Below are positions 36,086-50,026 of a stretch of 64,000 bases of DNA, piece by piece (the first letter of the stretch is position 1; each line of letters begins with the position of its first letter). The position numbers and the translations under genes were made by a program. The DNA is from Octopus bimaculoides (Eukaryota): positions 133,867,908-133,931,907 of the forward strand of contig NC_068984.1 of the NCBI RefSeq assembly GCF_001194135.2, given 5' to 3'. The notes beneath the pieces were generated by a model. It was not told the origin of the DNA. It saw only the letters and a program-made list of their open reading frames with translations, and did not search any database.

Positions 36086-36834
36086 GAAAGTAACTTTTTA
36101 TTTATGTGAAGACAAAATAGAAATTACATTCGTATAATTCTTCGATTTTCACTGTGATACTGGACAAGTTTGAAAAGTTTAAAAACCATCTCTTATTTTT
36201 ATTAATTGAAGTAATTGGTCTTCCCTCTTTCCATCCTCACAGGATTTCCAATGAGAAATACTGTTTTACAGACCAATCACTATATATATAAAAACTGATA
36301 ATGTAACAGAAAAAAAGACAAAAAAAAAAACTAATGCAAAATAGACATTTTATTCAATAAAAATAATGTTTAAATGTCAAAAAAATTATAACATCTTTTC
36401 ATTTATTTTTTGTGGAATTCATTGTTTTCAAAATAATTTAAAGAATTTCAAGGACGCTTTTAAACAACTTGGTTTGAATTTTGTTCCCTTAAAGAAGGGA
36501 TAAGGAGTAAATTAGTTTTTTTCAAAAAATATTTACAATAATAAATAAATAAATTTTTTTTATGGAAAGGGAAATATAAAATGTAAATTTAGAACTATTT
36601 GATGCATTTAATTGTGGAATAATAAAAGTATATTTTTTTTCTTGAATAGTTGTTAAAATTGGTTTGACTTCACACAGCAGGGAATTCTGGACTTGCAAAT
36701 GCGCATAAAAAAATATAACTGGAAGAATAAGGGCTAAACTACACCAAGGGGAATACACAGTGCTGAAGATAGTGACTAATTCAGATACATTATTAATGAA
36801 TTATGTTATTATAATAATTGTTTCTAATTTAGGA

Positions 36835-37320
36835 ACAAAGGCAGTGAGCGGGAAGAATAATTAGCATGTTGGACAAAATGTTTTGTGGCATTTCTTCTGA
36901 CTCTTTACATTCTGAGTTCAAACTTTACCAATATTAGCTTTGCCTTTTGTCCTTTCAAGGTTGATAAAATAAAGAATCAGCCAAGTACTGGGGATGTAGA
37001 AGAGCATGGCTTAGTGATTAGGGTGTTGGGCTCATGATTGTAAGATTGTGGTCTTGATTCTTGGACTAGGTGATGTGTTGTGTTGTGTTGTGTGCTTAAG
37101 CAAAACACTTCATTTCACATTGCTCCAGTCAACTCAATGGATAAAAATGAGTAATCCTGCAATGGGTAGGATTTGAACTCAGTGCAGAGGGAGTTGGAAC
37201 AAATATTGATTTCAAATTTTGGTACAAGACCAGCAAATTCAGGGGAGGAGGCAAGTGGCAATGCCACAAAATGACACTCATGAGATGCCACTAAACATTT
37301 TGTCCAGTGTGCTAATGATT
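36835..37320. mobile_element. Cluster: family D (+, ~36835-37000), family E (+, ~37000-37165), family D (-, ~37165-37320)
   Basis: Motif matches to the other copies. Confidence 0.6.
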
Positions 37321-37358
37321 TTTTTTTTTATACTCTAGGCACAAGGACCGAAATTTTT

Positions 37359-37416
<58 letters not shown>

Positions 37417-40400
37417 GAGAGATTTAGCTATGTCTCCACTAAATCTATTGCTCAGTTTAATACCATAATACCACCACCTGCTGGTCCTTGAATACCTTCA
37501 TCAGAGTCCATACAGTTGCAAGTATTTGGGGCCATGTCTCTGGTCTGGGGATATCTTCCTTCCATCACTCATGACAGTCCCCCAAAAGAGGCACGAGCAC
37601 TCCTCTTCCTCATCTCATTATACCATTAAAAATTTCCTGCCACACAAGAGGGTAAGTAATAATTTCTGATGAGATGCAAGTGTAAGGTGTACACTCTGTT
37701 TCATTAATGTTTTCATCACATATACTAAATCAAAATGTAAAACCTCAGCTGTAAATTGTGGGTGAACTTATTTCTATTTAATAGATTTCCTACTTCACCT
37801 TTTTTCATTTGATATAACCCAGGTTGTACTTGAATTTTGTGTCATAGAACCAGGGAACACTTTCACAGACTGTTAGCAGAAGGGTTGATCTGTTACAGTC
37901 CTAATTTGCTTTCAAGAATTTTAGAAGTTTAGTTTCATTTGGTTAATGAACCACTTATGCATTGCTCACAGCATTCAATGGCTAACATTATTGATACCTC
38001 AGTATGTCACAGCCTTCTGGTCCATGAAGCACAACTTATAAATCAGGTGTTTTTCGCTTAAAGATATTATTGAAATATGAAAGAAGCATAAAAAGTGCTT
38101 ACAATAGATATTTGCTAGTAATTAAACAATATTATTAGCCAATAATTAATGGAAGTAAATGCTAGTGGTGACTTTCTAAGCAACTTAACTAACAACAATG
38201 ATAAAAATTAAGTCAGAATAACTCCAAAAATCGAACTAAATCTCATTGATTTTATATGAAGAATCTATCAGAAATAGGTTTACATATTTGCAGGTCTGAG
38301 CCTGCAGGAATGTGTAAGTGTTGCAGAGATCATGTTCGTTATTATGTTATAAAACTGTAGTCGCTCCTATGATTTAAGTGGTAAATTCCTTTAGTAAATT
38401 GGGGGTTTCCAATATTTCAAAAAGGCACATGAAGAAAATCATGCTTGTCATTTATGTCTAGATTTTTTTCTTCTTAATTTTTAATTTGGAAGAAAGAGCA
38501 ATGCTGATGATTTTCATAGGGCCCGCTGAAATAGAGGTGACATTCAGTCAGTCAACACCTGCAGGGAACATCCAGAGAGTGGATTGTTCTGGGAAGGAAA
38601 GATTGGAAATGCTGATGAGTGCTGACTCAAGGTATGCATATGGGGTGGGGTGGGGGAAGGGGTAGAGAGATAGAGTATGAGTGGAAGAAAGGAGTAGAAG
38701 CAAGTGGATTTGGATGGCAGTGATACGCAAGTAGCTTGTTGAGAGGAGTCGAAGCAGTTGGAGTAAAGAAAAAAAAGGAAAAACAATAGAGTTAAATACT
38801 CTAGAATAAATAGTTTTAGTTGGGGATAACTGAATATGGTCCTAATAAATTGATGAGACCCATTAAAATGATGGCATGTTGGATGAACAGCATTTATGGA
38901 GGGTGAGCCTACATTGTATATCTTGTAAGGCACTTTATTTTCAATGGCTCAACTCGCATACCTGTAAATATTTGACACAGGAAGTTCAGCTCATCTCACC
39001 ATAAGAGGAGGTTCACAGGCAGACATTCTACATAACAGTCTGAACCTTTGCACCATTAGACTATGCAGCAGTGGTCATTTAATTCTCCAGGTTAATGACT
39101 AAGGCCAGAAATCACAACTAGGCAGATTGAGTGATGTGAAACGAGTCAATAATTAAAAATATTACAGAATTGGCTTAGCTTGCTGGAGTTTACCACCACT
39201 CAATGGTATTCTCACTGAAAAATAAAAGGCCTCTTCACCAAAATCTCCAAACATTTTCCATTACTAATTACATGTTAACTGATTTACTAAAGAAAATAAA
39301 GAGAATGCTTGCATAAATAGTAAAGTGAAGCAGCAATACAGACAAGAATTGAACTGCTGTAAATAAGAACAGGGTACCATGATAAAGCTGAATGGCTAAG
39401 CAAAGCAACTATGGATGCTAAATGAAAACAGGTCACTGTAATTGGATAGGAACAAAAGAAGTTAATTAGAAATTAGATTGAAATCTAACTCTAATATGCA
39501 ATAATTAGTAACATGAAACATAAATTAGACATGTTTAAATGGTGGAAGAACGAGTTACAGGAGGATAATAATATTACCAAACAACAGGGCCAGCCTTAAG
39601 CCAACTGGACCAATTGCTTCCAATTGGGCCCCATGCCCAAGGGGGCCTGGTGCTCAAGGAGGCCACATCCTGTACTGTGACATTCATGAAGGTGGTCTCC
39701 CTGAAGTTTAAAAAAAATTACATAAAAACACTCTTTTATTTAAAAAAAAAAACATACTTTCTACACTTTAGCAACACAAGATACCAAAAGATAAACCCAT
39801 TCGTCCGAAATTACTTGGGTCAGCCTTGCTTGTATTTTTAGTGTAACGGTCAGTTGTATGTATGCATGTGTGTATATGAATGTTTGGGAGTGTTTATGGG
39901 CATGTTTGGGTAAAATAATTGTGTGTGTGTTTGAGAGAGTATGTATGTAGTTGTTTAAGTGTATGGTGAATTGTATGTATATATGTGTGCATATGTCTGT
40001 GTGTTAGTTGCTCTAAATATACTTTGTATAAGTTTAATTTTGGGGAAACTTTTTATTTCAATATCAGTAGGGTTATACTCATTTCCTAATCTGTCAACCG
40101 AGGTGTGAGTCAAGGTTTGATTATGTCTTCTGCACTGGTCCTTCACTACATCAATGACTGTCTAGTTATCTCCACTAATATATATTCCTATGCAGATAAT
40201 AACATACTTTGCAATATTTGTGCAAAAGTGTCATCCTACTACTTTCCATTTGTAACAGCAATGAGGGTTCCAGTTGATCCGATCAATGGAACAGCCTGCT
40301 CGGGAATGAAATTTGGAAGTGGTTGAGTACTCCAGACACGTGTACCCTTAACGTAGTTCTCAGGGAGACTTAGCATGATACAGAATGTGACAAGGCTGGC

Positions 40401-40939
40401 CCTTTGAAATACAGGTACCACTCATTTTAGCCAGCTGAGTGAACTAGAGCAATGTGAAGTAAAATATCTTGCTCAAGGACACAACATGCCACCGGGAACC
40501 GAACTTGGAACCTTATGACCATAAACTGAATACCCTAACCCCTTAGCCATGCACCTTCACTATAACACTATAACTAAGCATTTCCTGTCAGAGGTGTATC
40601 ACAAAAATAGAGACCTTCATAACATTGAAACAGGGGCATGATAACATGGCCTTATACAAGAACATGAAGGGACAATAACTACACATAAAGCATACACAAA
40701 ACACACTACATCTTTTTTTCTCATGGACAATACAAAACTTAAACTTTCAAATTCTTCACAACTGCCAAGCATATAAAATATCTGATGATTTGACAATATG
40801 AGTAACAATAATAATGCTAATCATAATTATTATTATTATTGTTGTTGTTCATTAATTCAACATCCTAGCTTATAGTGAGTCTGTTACTGATACTTTTTCA
40901 AAGATCAGTGTTATTCAACAAACATTATTTATAATTTAA

Positions 40940-41153
40940 CCGTTTTGTTACCAACCTGGCAGAAACTGGCTCTGAGTACAAATGTCTTGTTTTCATAAGT
41001 TTTGAATTAAAATCTTCCACCAAACCTTAGTCACAATTTATGTTCCTAACACTAGCTGAATGATAACTAAGTTATTTTACTAAATTCTTTGTTATATTTA
41101 AAGTAATTGAAAGAAACACAAAACATCTCAAAATAAATATAGTAACAAAAGAG
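40940..41153. mobile_element. piggyBac-type MITE, uninterrupted (214 bp)
   Basis: TTAA at 40936-40939 and 41154-41157. TIRs ccgttttgttac / gtaacaaaagag. Same body as 27380-27825. Confidence 0.85.
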
Positions 41154-41567
41154 TTAAAGAAAGTCAGAGTTCCAATTTGCTGGCAATTCAAGAATGGAAC
41201 ATTCCTAATAACTTATGTTAAACTGTAACAAGGAGATAAATAGAGAGAGAGAGAGAGAGGGAGAGAGTGTGTGTGTGTGTGTGTGTTGGTCTGGTGGTTT
41301 GGGTGTTGCACTCATGATTACAAGACTGTGGTTTCCATTCCTAGACTGGGAGGTGCATTGTGTTTTGGAACAAAACAAATTTCATGTTGCTCTACAATTA
41401 CTTCAACATCAGACATGTGGAAAACATGGACTTGCACAAGCGATGTTGATTTGATGGAGGGAGTGAGCTAATGCACACCACAAACATTAAGAAAATCATC
41501 TGTGTTAAATTATTTAGCAAGAAATTGCTAAGCCCTCATCTGTTTTTGCAAGAGAGTTCACCACATG

Positions 41568-41609
<42 letters not shown>

Positions 41610-41902
41610 CTAGATAAAGATAAATATGGCCGGTCTATGGGGTTAACCTAGGTTTCATGTCTATAAAGCGCTTAGCTTTACCCCATTTCTTCAAACACTA
41701 AATCCGTTGGCCTACAGCCTCTCTAGANNNNNNNNNNNNNNNNNNNNNNNNNNNNNNNNNNNNNNNNNNNNNNNNNNNNNNNNNNNNNNNNNNNNNNNNN
41801 NNNNNNNNNNNNNNNNNNNNNNNNNNNNNNNNNNNNNNNNNNNNNNNNNNNNNNNNNNNNNNNNNNNNNNNNNNNNNNNNNNNNNNNNNNNNNNNNNNNN
41901 NN

Positions 41903-41935
<33 letters not shown>

Positions 41936-43146
41936 ATAAAGGTTACAAACCTCAATCAGGGATAGCAAAATCCTCTGAAAGTATTGGTTAGTTACCTATA
42001 CAATGAATGTTGAACATTACAGTTAATATTCATCTGTAAGGTAACTATATAAATCGTGGTTTATATATATTTATTTATTACAATAAGATAAGAAAATAGA
42101 AGAGAGATAATTAATAAATTATTATTTATTAATCATCTCTCTATTTTCTTATTGTTATATATATTATTTGGGATCGTTAATCAACTTGTTGAAAACAACA
42201 AAAACATTTACTGATGGTGAGACGCTATGCGTAGAGAGAAATATATTAATAATATTGACTGTATACTTAGGTTTCCCATGTAACAGCTAAGTCAATGGTT
42301 GAAAGCAAAAGCTGAAGTGTTAGACAAATCAGTATTACACACACACACACACACACTGCATTAAGTGCCACAAACTTCATCATACGATTCGTTAATCTAT
42401 TTACATTCAGTTTCTCTTTATTTCAACATTTAATAATTTAAAATGTCATAAAATATATACAATCAACATACAAAAAAAAAATTAGATAGAATTAGTCCCA
42501 ACCTTTAACAAAAAAAACAACAAAAAACACCAAGCTTAAAAAGCTTCTCTTGGTTATCAACAATCAACTAACAGAGATATGGGCTTTGGACCCAAAGATG
42601 TTTCCCAGATTAGCTTTGTTATTATTGATGGATGAATTGTGAGGAAAATAGTGATGATAATGATGATGGTGATGGCGCCAGCGGCAAGATGGAAGAGAAA
42701 TATTTTGAGGGAAGGAGCAAGATTCAATAGTTTTGTATAAATAGCAATATAAACCCCACAGACAAAAACTGTGACAAAGAAACAGCAGGGAAAGCCCAAA
42801 GGAAGCTGTTTGAGTGTGTGCTTAAGGCAGTTTTATACAGGTGTATAGATCTTTGTGTATGAGTGTGTATATGTAAATATGTATGTGTGTGTGTGTGTGT
42901 GTGTGAGTGTGTGTATAAATGTGTGTTTGTGCCTGGAAGTGTGCATACACATGTGTGTGTGTGTGTAATATACATGTAAACATACGTATGTAAAGTATGC
43001 ATATACACACACAAATACACTAGACAGTCAGTATATATGCATACATTGATATATATATTTATATCCAACACCTTTTAATGTCTTCCCCACCAACCCAGTA
43101 TGGCAGTTTTTTGGGAGAATGTTGAAATACTTGGTGAAAAAACTTG

Positions 43147-43292
43147 CTAATCTTTTGGATCTTGACATTGGGCACATTCGTTCATGTTTTCTTCATATTC
43201 CTCAACTTGGATAGTTACTTCCATTGGACCGAATCGATTTGTTAGAATGTTGGTAGCTTCTCGCATTATTTTCAATGGATCAGAATATTGGT
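43147..43292 (-). CDS. SLC30A2: ZnT terminal exon ([48 protein letters not shown])
   Basis: tttacag acceptor, 146 nt, TAG at 43149-43147. Not in the ORF track. Confidence 0.92.
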
Positions 43293-44387
43293 CTGTAAAA
43301 AACATGAACACAAAAGCTTTTTGAATGATTGAATAATATTTATAGAGTGCTACAGAGGGCAGTTTAGAGTAATGGTTTTAAACCACTTTTGGCCTGTGGA
43401 CCCCTTAGATTCCTCTTTCACCCTACAGGACCTCCATAACCATTTGGTGTATCGTAAATCCTTGAGTATAGTCCGCCCTTGAGTATAATACACAGGGGAT
43501 TTTTAGGGGTCTGTACCTCTGAAAAACCTAAACCTTGTGTATAATACTCACTCTTTCTCTAACTTGAGTCAAGGAGGTCTATATAACGTCCTTGGTTTGT
43601 AAATATATATACGGTAACGTCCTTTATTATTACTGTATTTATAACATAATGCAAACGTGTAGCTTTTTTGTGCACTTTGTTTGCAGAAAATATAGAAATA
43701 ACAGTAATAACGTCAGTGAAAAATAAATATTAAGTAAATTGCCTTTACATATTTATCACTATACAATAATGGTGATGTTCTTAACTGTTATATGGGAATG
43801 TAAATATGTTTGCAAATTGTTTTTGTTACATGTTATTCTGTGTTCTGAATACTTTTATTTTAATAAATGTTGCTTACTGCAAGTTATGGATGATTTTTTT
43901 TATGACTTCATTGCTTTCAGGCTTAGCTTAAGGTATTTTCGCGCCCGACATCACAAAATGCATCTGAATAAACATTGCCAGATAGCAAATAGAGACTCGG
44001 ACATTGCTTAGAAAATATTTTTCATTTTTAACCTCGTATATAGTACACACTAGGGATTATGACCTTTAAATTTGGGGAAAAAATTGCGGATTATACTCGA
44101 GGATTTACGGTATATAAAAACATCCTACAGTATTTTTGTAATTACATATTATTTGAAATTATTCTTTTATTCTTTTACTTGTTTCAGTCATTTGATTGCG
44201 GCCATGCTGGAGCACTGCCTTTAGTCGAACAAATCGACCCCAGGACTTATTCTTTCTAAGCCTAGTACTTATTCTATCAGTCTCTTTTTGCTGAACTGCT
44301 AGGTAATGGGGACATAAACACACCAACATCGGTTGTCAAGTGATGGGGTGGAGGGACAAATATAGACACAAATAACAAATACATACG

Positions 44388-44439
<52 letters not shown>

Positions 44440-45600
44440 GTTGCCACCCTTCTCTGGCCCCTGTGCCTGGTGGCATGTAAAATGCACCCACTACACTCTA
44501 GGAGTGGTTGGTGTTAGGAAGGGCATCCAGCATTAGGAAATAGAAATCACAGAACAGAAGGTGCATGCTATAATGTTATGCAGCATTTAACTCAAGTCCC
44601 TTTATATTTTGAGTTCAAATTCTACCTCTGTCAGCTTTGCCCATCATCCTTATGGAAGTACTGGGGTAGATATATATGTATACACCATTACACAAAATGT
44701 GAAGATTTGTGTCTATGTTAGACATCAAGGCAACAGTAAAAATAAAAAACAGTAATTTTAAAAGCCAGCTTCACTTACCAACAGCTAAATGGACAGATAA
44801 TGCAATTTTATTGGTTGTCAAACACCACATCCTCAAATTATGGATTGCTTTCACACCAGAAACATTATTTAATAACTCTTTCACCTGTGAAAACTTGAGG
44901 CTTCTTGGAACACCTAGGTGAGAAAACAAGAAAAAAAAAATGTCTGCAATTTCATACCTTATTTCAAAGCTTACGAACAAGAAATAATTGGTATTCTCAT
45001 AGAATATATTTATGATGCTAACATTAGACAAGTACAGTGTGGAAGACACATTAAGTCATTCAAAAACTCATTTAACAATCCTTGTGTGCTTTTGAATGGC
45101 TAATATGTGTCTTCTATGCTGTAATTGTTTTAGATTCAACACACAGTCTCAGATCAAATCACTTGCCTTACAAGTACATTTCTGTTAACATCAGAAAATT
45201 TTCATAAACACCATTAATAGAGTTGATCTGTCAGTGAAGAAGAGAACTTTAATTTGCAGCTGTCTGATGTATGCGATACAAAATATTTCGCATACACATT
45301 CTCTCATGCACACTCATACAAACATACAAGCAGAAATGCATACACATTATATATAATTAACAATACATTCATACAAATATGCATACACCTATCCATCAAT
45401 ACATACAAAGCGCACATATAAACATGAACATATACACATGCATATGTTTAAACACACAGGCATGCATGTAAGTGCACGCGTACACACACACACACACAAA
45501 CCTAGATATGTTGGGGTTCACCAAAGAAGAACAGAATAAGCCGATTCATATTCACCAAATGCAATTGATAAGAGGTACTGTGAAAATATATATATATACA

Positions 45601-45661
<61 letters not shown>

Positions 45662-45798
45662 AGATAAATTCTTTATAAGAATTTATCAAGTAGTCAGCGT
45701 GAAAAAACCTCATAATGAAAAAAATAATGAAAAAAATTTCGTAATGAAAAAAAAATTCATTTTTTTCATAAATATATATAAATTTATATAAAGGGCAT

Positions 45799-45856
<58 letters not shown>

Positions 45857-48800
45857 TATATAAACGTGTGTGTGTGTGTGTGTGTTTCTATTTCTGTTTT
45901 ACAGCTATTTTTCAGGTGTAGTATGGGTGATCTTTTTTGTTTAGTTGTAGTAATTTGTGGATGTCCTCTCATTCATTAATTACTCATGCATCCAACCATG
46001 AAGTAGGAAGCAATTATGAAATATATGTAGACATTTATAGTGTCTATAATTAACATCACAAAAGATACAAAAAGAATAAATTGTCTTAAATTACAGTAAC
46101 TTGTATGACACACAAAGAAACCACAGTAAGCATTAAAAGAAAAACAAAAAAAAAAGCTACGTTTTTAATTTTGCCCATGTTTTTTCCTATAGTATTTGAG
46201 AATTGAATACATCGGCATCATCATTTGGAAGCTTTTTTCCATGTTGGATGGTTAAACAGGATCTGACAGGTCTAAGGACTGAGTTGAGCTCCAGTGTACG
46301 TTTTGGAATGGTTTCTACAGTTAGATGCCCTTTCTAACACCAACCGCTTTATAGAGTGTACTGGGTCCTTTTTTGTGTCACCATACCAGTGACACAGTGA
46401 AACAAATATATTATAATCTTTCTCTTTCATCGATCAAACATCTAACTCCTTGCATGTACAAAATCATACAACAATGTAACGACCAAGCTGTATATCAATT
46501 TCTGGAAAGTTCTACCCTTTCATCAAGCTGTTCTCCTTTTATTATTGGGTAACCCTACCAAGCCTCTTCATGTCCATTAATTGACTAATGAATTAAGTAA
46601 TTTGTCAAGTTTTTAGTCATGATTCTTTGAAATATCAAGGCTGGATTTTAGTCATTGATGCTCCTAAGGATCTTAGCTTAGATTTCATAGCATTAAGTGA
46701 ATAAGAGATGAATTATTTCCTTTATAAGGATCCAATGTTTGTCCTGTTACAATCTCAGATGATATACCAGTAATTATATAAATCTGAACAGTGCAGAAGT
46801 ATGCATATTTCCTAAACATATAATGAAAAGCACACAGTAGTTTTAATGGTGTTTTTCTTGTGGGATATACTGGATTTTAGGACATATATATGATTTTGGT
46901 CTTTTGATATGTAATACTCCTACTCATTTCAAGATTGTGTTTTTGCTCTTTATCTCACCAATACACTACAACCTTTCACTCACAGATGTACTGTCTCTTC
47001 TGTCTGTCTATTCCATTGCCATTATTCATACCACGTTCCAGTGAATCAGGTAGCTGCAAACCACCTTGACCGAAGCCCTAAAGTCATACTCCATGACCTT
47101 CTTTTAGTACTTTTACTGTATTTTGTTTATTGCTTAGTCAGAATGGACTTGCAGTGCCAATGATCCCCTGTAGAGTCTCTGAGGTTGGTGGAAGGGTGTG
47201 AGGATCATATCTTCAAATCAGTAATCTGGCTTGATTGCTTACAGGTTGACTTCTGCTAGAGGCTTCCAATATGCAGGCAATGGTGTTAAACCAGAGGTAG
47301 GACTAAGTGATGAGAGTTGATCACAGAATGCAAAGTACAGAAATAGGTGGCAAAACACATCGAATCCAACCCTCTGATGATTCTATCAGTCCATGCTCTA
47401 GACTGGTGCTTTATTTATTGACCCTGGAAGGATGGAAGGCAAAGTTGACTTTGGCAGAATTTGAGCTCAGAATGCAAGAAGATGGAATAATTACCACAAA
47501 ATATTTTGTCCTATGCACTAACAACTCTACCAATTTGGTTCCAGGACCTGGTCAAACCAATCTTACTCAACCCTTCCTCTCTAGGATATTACCTCTCTGC
47601 AATTTCCTCCGCACTCAAGTTTTTTTCTGCAGATGTCAACATAAAAATGTTTAAGCTGGTTATCAGTCTTGATGGTCCTGTGATGATCCTGTAATGACGC
47701 TGTAAAGGGCACAGCCCCTCCTCGTTCGACCAGCCATAAATAAACAAATAGAAAACAGGTGAAAGAAAATGGACGAGAGAAACTTACCTTCCATTAATAC
47801 ATTAATGATGTCACGTAATATGGTAACTGTTGAAATAAACACAAACACTGAAAATATGAATGTACAAATGGGATCAGCTATCTTGTATTCCGGCTGCAAA
47901 GAGATAGAGAAAAGAGTATATTGAATACACACATATATGTGTATTTATATATATAATGTGTGTGTGTGTGTACAAGTTTAGTTGTGCCATTAAGAAGTTT
48001 GCTTCCAAACCATATGCCTTATGATCATGGGTCGAATACCTTGATCATTAAGCCACTCACCTCCATACTCATACACACAAGAGGCAGATACATATACAGA
48101 AACACATACATAGAAGTCCATACACAAACTATTTAGTCAGACATTCAAATATCCAAGTGGAGGCGCAATGATCCAATGGTTAGGACAGCAGACTCGCAGT
48201 CATAGGATCACGGTTTCGATTCCCAGACCGGGCGTTGTGAGTGTTTATTGAGCGAAAACACCTAAAGCTCCACGAGGCTCCAGCAGGGGATGGTGGCAAA
48301 CCCTGCTGTACTCTTTCACCACAACTTTCTCTCACGCTTACTTCCTGTTTCTGTTGTGCCTGTAATTCAAAGGGTCAGCCTTGTCACACTGTGTCACGCT
48401 GAATCTCCCCGAGAACTACGTTAAGGGTACACGTGTCTGTGGAGTGCTCAGCCACTTGCACGCTAATTTCACGAGCAGGCTGTTCCGTTGATCGGATCAA
48501 CTGGAACCCTCGTCATCGTAAGCGACGGAGTGCCAACAACAACAACAAATATCCAAGTATTCGAAATTTTCCTGAGTGGTCTCTGGCTTTCAAAGCTAAA
48601 GCTGTTCCTAACATTAGCAAATATGTTGGAGAAAATGTTTTCCCCGTATTTTTTAGATATGCTTTTACTCTAAATCTGTTTCTGAATTACTGTTTTTTTA
48701 TATTTGTAACTGAAGTACTTTACTTTCCTCCCCTACTTTGTTCAATTGAGAATACGTAAAGTGGAAGACTAACCTTAAAGTATATAATGTATGCAGCTAT

Positions 48801-49981
48801 AAGTACTCCCACACTCTGTAAAAGGTCTCCTATTACATGAATAAATGCAGCTTTGACATTGATGTTTTTATGTTTTTTCTTATTTAAGTCTTCTTCCAGA
48901 GACATGTCATTACTGGATCCATAACTTTTGGTTTCAACAAGTAATCGATTCTCTTCGTCATTGTGGTGATGGTTTAATCCATGACTGTGACCATGTGAGT
49001 GTTTGTGTAAAACCAGTGCAATCCTACAAGGAAACAGAAAAAAGACATGAAAAAAAAATGTTTTTTCAAGTATCTAAACAGTAATTAAACAGTTATAACA
49101 GTGACAAGACATAGGCCTGGTATATACAGGGTAACTGTAAAATCTGGATATATCTGTACTGTTGTTTTTCTTGAAATGCCCATTCTTTGCTGATCTTTGT
49201 ATCGGCCAGTGGCTTGGAAAAGCTTCCATACTTGAACAGAAGCCGTTTTGCTGCATCCTAATTAATGTCCATGAAGGACACATTTTGCTGATGAAGCAAC
49301 ACGATCTTTGATCTAGTAACTGGGCTGATACTACAATGCTTTCCCATAGGAAATTAATGTGTAACACTGCTCAATTATTAAACATAACAGTGCAGTACAA
49401 CCAACCATATGACCACCCATCTGGTTTATTAATTTGCATAATCTTGGTATGGTCTTAAACTTATTTTGCCGACAATTTATAATCATTTGAATTAATTGTG
49501 CATTAAAATTAGTTGAATTGTAGAAAGATATATAACACCTATATCATCCAAAAGAGAAAAGAATTCTACATAAACTGTAAAAAGTAAAATATTTTTATAC
49601 AATTTTGTTATATATTAATGAAAGAATAGAACTGCCACCATCGGTCTTAAACTTATTTTGGCCAGTGTATAAGCAAAAATGCATATTTGCAATAATTTTA
49701 TTTAACTACATTAATAAATAGTGGAGGTATCGTCGTCGTCGTTTAACGTCTGCTTTCCATGCTAGCATGGGTTGGACGATTTGACTGAGGACTGGTGAAA
49801 CCAGATGGCTACACCAGGTTCCAATCTGATTTGGCAGAGTTTCTACAGCTGGATGCCCTTCCTAATGCCAACCACTCAGAGAGTGTAGTGGGTGCTTTTA
49901 CGTGTCACCAGCACGAAGGCCAGTCAGGCGGTACTGGCAACGGCCACGCTCAAAATGGTGCATTTCATGTGCCACCCGCGC

Positions 49982-50026
<45 letters not shown>

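Noticed and set aside
42205-42245. ctgatggtgagacgctatgcgtagagagaaat, a Penelope-end-like hairpin
   Set aside because: The core is CUGAUGG rather than CUGANGA, the stem is broken, and no stem I is evident.
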